Of a stretch of 64,000 bases of DNA, positions 57,625 to 64,000 are shown piece after piece. Position 1 is the first letter of the stretch. The number at the start of each line of letters is the position of its first letter. The DNA is from an uncultured Gaiellales bacterium (GTDB lineage Bacteria; Actinomycetota; Thermoleophilia; RBG-16-64-13). The notes under the pieces were generated by a model. The model did no database searches. It had not been told where the DNA came from and was given only the letters and a program-made list of their open reading frames with translations. Position numbers and translations under genes: made by a program. The stretch covers positions 6,207 through 70,206 of the forward strand of contig CAZWAR010000002.1 in the NCBI GenBank assembly GCA_964631965.1, in the 5' to 3' direction.

Positions 57625-57984
57625 ATGGATCTGAAGGCACTCAAGACTGCCCTCGTCGCCGAACGCGAACGCCTTGCGCGGGAGATCGCCGGAATCGATG
57701 CCGATCTCTCCGAATCGCTGGAGGACGCGTCCGGGGAGAGCCCCTACGATCAACACATGGCAGAGACCGCTGGAGTGACTTTGGACCGGGAAATCGACCT
57801 CACCCTTGGAGAGAACGCCCGGGCCCGGATTGCTCAGGTGGAGCGGGCCTTGCGCAAGATCGAAAGCGGCACCTACACCACCTGTGACAAATGCGGGCAA
57901 CCTATCGGTGAGGAGAGGCTCAAGGTGGCCCCGTTCGCGACGTTGTGCATCGAATGCAAACGCCGGGAAGAGCGAGGCCGATGA
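57625..57984 (+). CDS. DksA/TraR family C4-type zinc-finger protein
   Basis: C-terminal CDKCGQPIGEERL...CIEC C4 motif, N-terminal coiled coil; same slot as the TraR/DksA gene before lspA in Streptomyces. Confidence 0.8.
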   Translation: MDLKALKTALVAERERLAREIAGIDADLSESLEDASGESPYDQHMAETAGVTLDREIDLTLGENARARIAQVERALRKIESGTYTTCDKCGQPIGEERLKVAPFATLCIECKRREERGR

Positions 57985-58547
57985 AGGCCGACAGATCGAC
58001 GGCTTCCAAGAACGCCGGCCCCCCGAAAGCTTCAGCAGTGCGCGCGCAGAAACGGCGCCGCCTCATCGTCAAGTGGTCGCTCCTCGCTGTGGTGGTTGGT
58101 ATCTGCGTCGGGTTGGGTCTGTGGACCACGTACTTGGCCGAGCACCGGTTGGTGGTCGGGGAGGTGCACAAGATCCTACCCTTCTTCTGGCTGCAGCGGA
58201 GCGCCAACAGCGGAGTGGCCTTCGGATTGCTGGGCGGGAGACTGGCGGTCATCCTGTCTGCGAACGCCGTGGCCATCGCCGTGGTGCTCGTCTACGTATT
58301 CATGGAGCGGCGTGCGGTTCTTGCCGGCATCGCTGGGGGTATGGTCATCGGGGGCAGCCTGGGCAACATCATCCAGCGGCTCACCGGCGACGGCCACGTG
58401 ACCGATTTCCTCAAGTTTCCCTACTGGCCGAACTTCAATCTGCCGGACGTCTTCATCGTTCTCGGCATCGTGGTCGTGTTCCTGGGATTGCTCATCGAGG
58501 CGGTCCGGGTCTTTCGCAACGGGAAACGGTCGTCGGGCTCGCGGTAA
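57981..58547 (+). CDS. lspA: lipoprotein signal peptidase (signal peptidase II)
   Basis: 4-TM protein with NSGVAFG and FNLPD catalytic-Asp motifs; ATGA overlap with upstream gene (ORF open from 57945). Confidence 0.88.
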   Translation: MKADRSTASKNAGPPKASAVRAQKRRRLIVKWSLLAVVVGICVGLGLWTTYLAEHRLVVGEVHKILPFFWLQRSANSGVAFGLLGGRLAVILSANAVAIAVVLVYVFMERRAVLAGIAGGMVIGGSLGNIIQRLTGDGHVTDFLKFPYWPNFNLPDVFIVLGIVVVFLGLLIEAVRVFRNGKRSSGSR

Positions 58548-59491
58548 TGGGAAGCCGGACGAGAAACTCCGGCCGTCGCGAGCTCCGGTTCTTGGTGACC
58601 GCCGGGGAGTCCGGCACGCGTTTGGATGTCCTGCTCGGCGGAATCCCGGATATCGGCAGCCGGTCGCGGGCTGCCTCCCTCATCTCTCAAGGGGCGGTGA
58701 GGGTCGAGGGATCGCCGGCGGCCAAGAGCCGGCTGGTGGCCGAAGGGGAGGAGATCAGGGTCACGCTGGCGGGCGAGACTACCACCGAGGTCGGGCAGGA
58801 CGCCGAGGTTCCGGTCGTCTACGAGGACCGGTGGCTGCTCGTGGCCGACAAGCCGGCGCACATGGCCGTGCACCCTTCGCGAGGCCACGCCTCCGGTACT
58901 CTCGTGCACGCCCTTTCCGGCCACGGGTTGGAAGGGGGCGACGAGTTCCGGCCTGGGATCGTGCACAGACTGGACAAGGACACGAGCGGGCTGCTCGTCG
59001 TCGCAAAGTCGAGCGACGCGCACCGGCGACTTGTAACCCTGATGCGGAGGCGGGCTGTCGATCGGCGTTACCTGGCGCTCGTCCACGGGGGCTTCGCGGC
59101 CGATTCCGGCACCATCGAAGCTCCGGTCGGCCGGGACCCGGTGAAGCGGGTTTCCATGACCGTCGGAGGCGTGGCCGCTCGGGAAGCGACGACGCACTTC
59201 CGCGTGCTCGAGCGTTTCGCGGATATGACCCTCGTCGAGGTGCGGTTGGAGACAGGAAGGACGCATCAGATTCGGGTGCACTTCGCCGCGATAGGCCACC
59301 CTGTCGCCGGCGATCCCCTCTATGCCCGCCGAGATCCGCTCGACATAGGGCGACAGTTCCTGCACAGCTACCGCCTCGCGTTCGTCCATCCCTTCACCAA
59401 CGAGGAACTGAGTTTCGAAGCGCCCCTGCCCGCCGACCTCGCCGCCGCCCTCGCCGGGCTGCGGCAGGGCGAAGGGGGATCCGATGACTGA
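58547..59491 (+). CDS. rluD: 23S rRNA pseudouridine synthase RluD (RluA family)
   Basis: N-terminal S4 domain, catalytic HRLDKDTSGLLVVAKS; TAATG overlap with lspA. The ORF-track start 57806 is an over-extension through lspA. Confidence 0.88.
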   Translation: MGSRTRNSGRRELRFLVTAGESGTRLDVLLGGIPDIGSRSRAASLISQGAVRVEGSPAAKSRLVAEGEEIRVTLAGETTTEVGQDAEVPVVYEDRWLLVADKPAHMAVHPSRGHASGTLVHALSGHGLEGGDEFRPGIVHRLDKDTSGLLVVAKSSDAHRRLVTLMRRRAVDRRYLALVHGGFAADSGTIEAPVGRDPVKRVSMTVGGVAAREATTHFRVLERFADMTLVEVRLETGRTHQIRVHFAAIGHPVAGDPLYARRDPLDIGRQFLHSYRLAFVHPFTNEELSFEAPLPADLAAALAGLRQGEGGSDD

Positions 59492-60173
59492 GGTCGTGGC
59501 CGTTTTCGATCTCGATGGCACGCTGGTGGTGGGTCAGACCCAGGCGCTGCTCGTGAGATTCCTCCGGAAGGCCCGGGTGGTGAGCCTCGTATTCGTCGTG
59601 GGGACCGCTCTGTGGTTCCTCGCCTACAAGGCCGGGCTGGTCAAGGTCACCGAAGCCTCCCGGGCAAAGGGTGCAGGAGTTCTCACGGGCCTCACCGAAG
59701 AGCGGGTCGTCCGCTTGATGGAGCGCTTCACGGCGGAAGTCATGGTCCCCAGACTCCACCCCGGTGCGGTCGCCGCCCTCGACGCACACCAGAACGATGG
59801 GAACCGGGTGGTCGTGGTATCAGCCGCCCTGCAACCCCTGGTGGAGGCCCTGTGCAGGCGTTTGGGTGTGACCGAGTACGCAGGGGCGCGTTGCGAGGTC
59901 GTCGACGGACGATACACTGGGAGATTGGAGGGTCCAGTGCCGTACGCCGCTCAGAAAGCCCGGGTCGCCGAGAAGTTCATCGCTGAGTGGGGCGCCGACC
60001 CGGCCGATTGCTGGGCCTACGCCGACCATGACACAGATCTGGAATTGCTGCGTTTCGTTGGACATCCCGTAGCGGTAAATCCCCGTCCCGGCCTGCGGGA
60101 AGTGGCCGAGCGCGAGGGCTGGCCCATCCTCGAAAATCCCCGAGACCACCCTGGAGGTTCATCCGATGGCTGA
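59484..60173 (+). CDS. HAD-superfamily hydrolase (subfamily IB, PSPase-like)
   Basis: Motif I DLDGTL at the N-terminus ([12 protein letters not shown]), HAD-IB cap/core layout. Confidence 0.75.
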   Translation: MTEVVAVFDLDGTLVVGQTQALLVRFLRKARVVSLVFVVGTALWFLAYKAGLVKVTEASRAKGAGVLTGLTEERVVRLMERFTAEVMVPRLHPGAVAALDAHQNDGNRVVVVSAALQPLVEALCRRLGVTEYAGARCEVVDGRYTGRLEGPVPYAAQKARVAEKFIAEWGADPADCWAYADHDTDLELLRFVGHPVAVNPRPGLREVAEREGWPILENPRDHPGGSSDG

Positions 60174-62256
60174 TGCATTCCCGACGGACGTCGCCGCAAC
60201 GTGGGAACTGGACGACCTGGCGGTTGCCACTATCCGCACCCTGTCGATCGATGGCGTGCAGAAAGCCAACTCAGGCCATCCCGGTATGCCGCTGGGCGCC
60301 GCCCCGATGGCCCATGTGCTCTGGAGTCGGCACCTCAAGTTCGACCCTCAGCAACCCACCTGGGCCGACCGCGACCGTTTCGCTCTGAGCGCCGGACACG
60401 GATCGATGCTGCTGTACTCGCTGCTCCATCTGGCGGGATACGGGTTGACCATAGAGGAGTTGGAGAACTTCCGGCAATGGGGCAGCCGCACCCCGGGCCA
60501 CCCCGAGTCGCACCTCACCCCGGGGGTCGAGGTCACGACCGGGCCGCTGGGCGCCGGTTTCTCGAACGGGGTGGGCATGGCGATCGCAGAGGCATTCCTG
60601 GCGGCGACATTCAATCGTCCGGGCTTCGACCTGATGGACCACTACGTCTATGGGATCGTGAGCGACGGAGATCTGATGGAAGGAGTGGCCTCCGAGGCTG
60701 CCTCGTTGGCCGGACATCTGCAACTGGGCCGGCTGATCTACCTCTACGACGACAACCACATCTCCATCGAGGGGTGCACGGACCTCGCGTTCACGGAGGA
60801 TGTGGCCGCCCGCTTCGAGGCGTACGGCTGGCAGGTGATCAAGGTCGATGACGGCAATGACCTGAAAGCGATTGACGTGGCCATCTCCATGGCGTGCGCC
60901 GAGAAGAGCAAGCCGTCCCTCATCATGGTCAGCACCATCATCGGCTGTGGTAGCCCACACAAAGCAGGGAGCGCCGAGTCGCATGGCTCGCCACTGGGCG
61001 AAGACGAGGTGAGGCTCACCAAGGAAGCCCTCGGCTGGCCGGCCGATCTGTACTTCGCGGTCCCGGAAAGGGTCCGCGAGCAATACGCGATGGTGGCGAC
61101 GTCGGGGGCGGCGCTGAGGGCGCGTTGGGAGGGGCTCTTCGCACGATACGAGGAGGAGTATCCCGAGCTCGCCCAGCAGTGGAAGGACGCGTGGGCCGGC
61201 AGGCTGCCGGAGGGATTTGCGGGCAAGCTTCCCGTCTTCACAACGGGGGAGAGCGTGGCTACCCGTTCGGCATCGGGGAAGGCCCTCAACGCTATCGCGC
61301 CTCTGTTGCCGACCCTTCTCGGCGGCTCGGCCGACCTTGCCCCGTCGAACAACACGCTTCTCGCCGGGCAGGCGGATTTCGAGCCGGGCTCCTATGACGG
61401 CCGCAACCTGCATTTCGGGGTGCGTGAGCACGCGATGGGCGGTGTTCTCAATGGGATGTGCTCCCATGGCGGCCTGTTCCCTTACGGCGGCACCTTCTTC
61501 ATTTTCACCGACTATATGCGCCCGGCCATGCGTCTGGCGGCGCTCTCCGGCTTCCCCGCAGTGTATGTGCTCACTCACGACAGCATCGGTCTGGGCGAGG
61601 ACGGGCCCACGCATCAACCCATCGAGCATCTCGCTTCTCTCAGGGCGATGCCCGGAATGTTGGTGGTGCGCCCGAGCGACGCCAACGAGACGGTGGCCGC
61701 TTGGCGGCTGGCACTTGAGAGGCGCGGAGGTCCAACGGCCCTGGTCCTGACGAGGCAAGGTCTCCCTGTTCTCGATCGGGAGGTGCTGGGCGCCGCCGAT
61801 GGTCTTCTGAAAGGGGGGTACATACTCACTGACGCCGCACGCGCTGGAACGTCGGATACCGCTGGAGCGCCGGGGGCCGCTGGGACTGAGGACGCCGCCC
61901 TTCCCGACATCATCCTCATCGCCACAGGGTCGGAAGTTCAGATTGCGCTCACCGCTGCCGATACCCTCTCCGCAGAGGGCGTCGCTGCTCGCGTCGTCGC
62001 GTTGCCGAGTTGGGAACTGTTCGAAGAGCAGGAGGAGGAGTACCGGGAGTCGGTGCTGCCGAGGGCGGTGACGGCGAGGGTGTCGATAGAGGCGGGGTCC
62101 ACTTTCGGATGGGAACGGTATGTCGGATCGGGCGGGTTTGCTATCGGCATCGACCACTTTGGTGCGTCGGCCCCCGCCAAGGTGCTGTACAAGGAGTTCG
62201 GCATCACGGTGGATGCGGTACTGGCGGCCGCCCGGGTGGTGCTCGGCGCACGCTGA
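60166..62256 (+). CDS. tkt: transketolase
   Basis: ThDP-binding GHPGMPLG and GDG.MEG motifs, three-domain TK architecture; Gly/Ala-rich ~25-aa insert before the C-terminal domain. Confidence 0.95.
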   Translation: MADAFPTDVAATWELDDLAVATIRTLSIDGVQKANSGHPGMPLGAAPMAHVLWSRHLKFDPQQPTWADRDRFALSAGHGSMLLYSLLHLAGYGLTIEELENFRQWGSRTPGHPESHLTPGVEVTTGPLGAGFSNGVGMAIAEAFLAATFNRPGFDLMDHYVYGIVSDGDLMEGVASEAASLAGHLQLGRLIYLYDDNHISIEGCTDLAFTEDVAARFEAYGWQVIKVDDGNDLKAIDVAISMACAEKSKPSLIMVSTIIGCGSPHKAGSAESHGSPLGEDEVRLTKEALGWPADLYFAVPERVREQYAMVATSGAALRARWEGLFARYEEEYPELAQQWKDAWAGRLPEGFAGKLPVFTTGESVATRSASGKALNAIAPLLPTLLGGSADLAPSNNTLLAGQADFEPGSYDGRNLHFGVREHAMGGVLNGMCSHGGLFPYGGTFFIFTDYMRPAMRLAALSGFPAVYVLTHDSIGLGEDGPTHQPIEHLASLRAMPGMLVVRPSDANETVAAWRLALERRGGPTALVLTRQGLPVLDREVLGAADGLLKGGYILTDAARAGTSDTAGAPGAAGTEDAALPDIILIATGSEVQIALTAADTLSAEGVAARVVALPSWELFEEQEEEYRESVLPRAVTARVSIEAGSTFGWERYVGSGGFAIGIDHFGASAPAKVLYKEFGITVDAVLAAARVVLGAR

Positions 62257-62393
62257 GCGGCGCGCACGCCCGGCTCTGGGAAGGCGAGCACCGGGGCGGT
62301 CGCGGAGGTTCGCGCGGACAGCCGCCTCCTTGACGGGGCCCATGATGGCGGGTAGCGTGCGAGACGGAGGCGCGTCTGTCGGAAGCCCCAAGC

Positions 62394-62990
62394 GTGACGA
62401 GTAGAACGGCTGAGAAAGGCTGGGTGAGGGCTGTGTCCGATAGTGAGCTTCAAGGGTCCAAGATCCTTCTCGACGAGAAGCAGGTAGGACGCACCCTTGC
62501 CCGCATGACCCACGAGATCGCCGAGCAGTCGCCCGATCTCGGCAATCTTGCCCTCGTCGGCATCCAGAGACGGGGTGTGGAGCTGGCCGCTCGGCTGGCC
62601 GGCCTTCTCGAGTCCTTCTACGGCGTCAGGCCGCCGACCGGCGCAATCGATATCACCTTCTACCGAGACGATATCGATTCCCGCCCGGGAAGAGGCTACG
62701 AGCAGCCCAAGGTGCACTCCACGGATCTGAAGTTCGATATCAACGATAAGACGGTCGTCCTGGTGGACGACGTACTCTACACCGGACGGACCATCCGAGC
62801 GGCTATCGACGCGCTGTTCGACTACGGCCGGCCGCTTGCCGTCCGGCTCGCCGTTCTGGTCGACCGGGGGCACCGTGACCTGCCCATCCGTCCGGATTTC
62901 GTGGGCAAGAACGTCCCCACCAGCCGTGACGAGGAAGTGGTGGTCCGCCTCGTGGAGATGGACGGCGTCGACGAAGTGGGCATAGCCTAG
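62394..62990 (+). CDS. pyrR: pyrimidine operon regulatory protein PyrR / uracil phosphoribosyltransferase
   Basis: ILLDEKQVGRTLARMTHEI, PRPP-binding VVLVDDVLYTGRT. True start may be GTG 62424/62433 if the upstream PyrR-box overlaps the ribosome-binding site. Confidence 0.88.
   Translation: MTSRTAEKGWVRAVSDSELQGSKILLDEKQVGRTLARMTHEIAEQSPDLGNLALVGIQRRGVELAARLAGLLESFYGVRPPTGAIDITFYRDDIDSRPGRGYEQPKVHSTDLKFDINDKTVVLVDDVLYTGRTIRAAIDALFDYGRPLAVRLAVLVDRGHRDLPIRPDFVGKNVPTSRDEEVVVRLVEMDGVDEVGIA
62401..62430 (+). promoter_or_regulatory. candidate PyrR-binding RNA loop overlapping the pyrR translation-initiation region
   Basis: GUAGAACGGCUGAGAAAGGCUGGGUGAGGG resembles the 3' half of the PyrR binding-loop consensus (..AGAGAGGCUGAGAAGG..). 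Confidence 0.3.
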
Positions 62991-63056
62991 GCGCGAGAAC
63001 CGGAACGCGGGCGCCGCCCGGCGCGCCGCCACGCGGTACAATCTGTCGAGACGCAC

Positions 63057-63090
63057 CTTTAATCTGGTCCGGCGAGGCCGAAAGGGTAGG
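63057..63090 (+). promoter_or_regulatory. candidate PyrR-binding RNA loop overlapping the pyrB ribosome-binding site
   Basis: CUUUAAUCUGGUCCGGCGAGGCCGAAAGGGUAGG closely parallels the B. subtilis binding loop (UUUAA...CAGUCCAGAGAGGCUGAGAAGGAU); the GAAAGGG is also the pyrB Shine-Dalgarno. Confidence 0.45.
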
Positions 63091-63093
63091 GCT

Positions 63094-64000
63094 ATGCACC
63101 TCATCTCCATCGATGACCTCACCACCGCCGATATAGACAATCTGTTCAGTCTCAGCGACGGATTCCTGGAGATCGCGTCGCGCCCCATCAAGAAGGTCCC
63201 CACGCTGCGTGGACGAACGGTCATCAACGTGTTCCTGGAGCCGTCCACGCGCACCCAGTCATCCTTCGAATTGGCGGGCAAGCGGCTCTCGGCGGACGTC
63301 ATCAACATCAAAGGCTCGTCATCCAGCGTGTCGAAAGGGGAGAGCCTCAAGGACACCATACTCACGCTCGAGAGCTACCGGCCGGACATCATCGTCATGC
63401 GGCACCCCCAGGTGGGTGCGTCGCGCATGGCGACGCGCTACACCGGCGCATCCGTGGTCAATGCCGGGGACGGTACCGGGGAGCATCCCACACAGTGCCT
63501 CCTGGACCTCTACAGCCTGCGGCGGGTGTACGGGGACATGAATGGCCTGAAGGTCGCCATCGTCGGAGACATCCTGCGCAGCCGAGTGGCTCGCTCGGAC
63601 CTGTTCGGCTTTCGCAAGATGGGCATAGACGTGCGTCTCGTTGGTCCTCCCACCCTCATCCCTCCGGGGATCGAGTACTGGGACGTGCCGGTGTACCACG
63701 ATTTGAGCGCCCTCCAGGATGTCGACGTGGTCTATGTGCTGCGCATGCAGCTCGAGCGGGCCAAGGGCAAGGTGCCACCGGTGCCTACGCTGAGGGAGTA
63801 CAGCCGGGTGTGGGGCCTGTCTCCTTACAAACTCAAGCCCGGGCAGCGTGTGATGCACCCCGGGCCCATCAACCGCGGGGTGGAGCTGTCCGCCGACCTC
63901 GCCGACGACGATCGCTCTTTGATCCTGCATCAGGTGGAGTCAGGACTCGCTGTGAGGATGGCGATCCTCTACCAGTGCCTCGCTGCGACCCTCAGCGAGG
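63094..64000 (+). CDS. pyrB: aspartate carbamoyltransferase catalytic subunit (5' partial, runs off window end)
   Basis: STRTQ carbamoyl-phosphate motif (EPSTRTQSSFE), HPQ, later HPGP ATCase signatures; no stop before the window end. Confidence 0.9.
   Translation, partial: MHLISIDDLTTADIDNLFSLSDGFLEIASRPIKKVPTLRGRTVINVFLEPSTRTQSSFELAGKRLSADVINIKGSSSSVSKGESLKDTILTLESYRPDIIVMRHPQVGASRMATRYTGASVVNAGDGTGEHPTQCLLDLYSLRRVYGDMNGLKVAIVGDILRSRVARSDLFGFRKMGIDVRLVGPPTLIPPGIEYWDVPVYHDLSALQDVDVVYVLRMQLERAKGKVPPVPTLREYSRVWGLSPYKLKPGQRVMHPGPINRGVELSADLADDDRSLILHQVESGLAVRMAILYQCLAATLSE

Noticed and set aside
57806-58546. N-terminal 247-aa extension of the rluD ORF as listed in the ORF track
   Set aside because: It overlaps DksA-like and LspA in another frame; RluD homology (S4 domain) starts at ATG 58547, which overlaps the lspA stop
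60271-63365. 706-aa and 475-aa - strand ORFs opposite tkt/pyrR/pyrB
   Set aside because: Mirror-frame artefacts; the + strand genes carry ThDP, PRPP and carbamoyl-phosphate motifs

Overview
This is a high-GC (~68-70%), very compact core-chromosome segment of actinobacterial type. All but one protein gene is on the + strand and many adjacent genes overlap by 4-8 nt.

Gene order: a galE-like epimerase on the - strand; a tRNA-Pro/Gly/Arg cluster; a 2-hydroxyacid dehydrogenase; a C_GCAxxG_C_C redox protein; a ~750-bp ORF-poor gap; tRNA-His/Leu; tig-clpP-clpX-lon; valS-folC; a small TM/zinc-ribbon protein; ndk-maf; mreB-mreC-mreD-PBP2-rodA; a DUF697-like hypothetical; a large radical-SAM fusion (TIGR03960 + DUF2344 type); RNase E/G; rplU-rpmA-obg-proB-proA-nadD; an LCP-like membrane protein; cysE; pcrA. 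Then a complete dcw cluster: mraZ-rsmH-ftsL-ftsI-murE-murF-mraY-murD-ftsW-murG-murC-murB-ftsQ-ftsZ, with no ftsA and no ddl, followed by pgeF(yfiH)-yggS-sepF-proC-like-divIVA-yggU. Then a DksA/TraR zinc-finger protein, lspA, rluD, a HAD hydrolase, tkt, pyrR and the 5' part of pyrB. The synteny matches Streptomyces/Mycobacterium (valS-folC-x-ndk...rne-rplU-rpmA-obg-proB; dcw without ftsA; divIVA...lspA-rluD; pyrR-pyrB).

I found no mobile elements, CRISPR arrays or defence systems. The most notable non-coding signals are five 10-bp-phased AGTGG repeats forming an MraZ operator directly upstream of mraZ, PyrR-box-like RNA motifs in front of pyrB and pyrR, and a recurring TATACT -10 element upstream of the tRNA and r-protein genes. 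The most notable coding oddities are the uncharacterised radical-SAM fusion between the rod-shape cluster and RNase E/G, a DUF697-like gene in the same spot, a two-TM/double-zinc-ribbon protein at the position usually held by DUF4233, a 40-codon hydrophobic micro-ORF in a low-GC islet, and long disordered insertions or tails in Lon, trigger factor, MreC and DivIVA.

The long - strand ORFs in the six-frame track are antisense artefacts of GC3-rich + strand genes.
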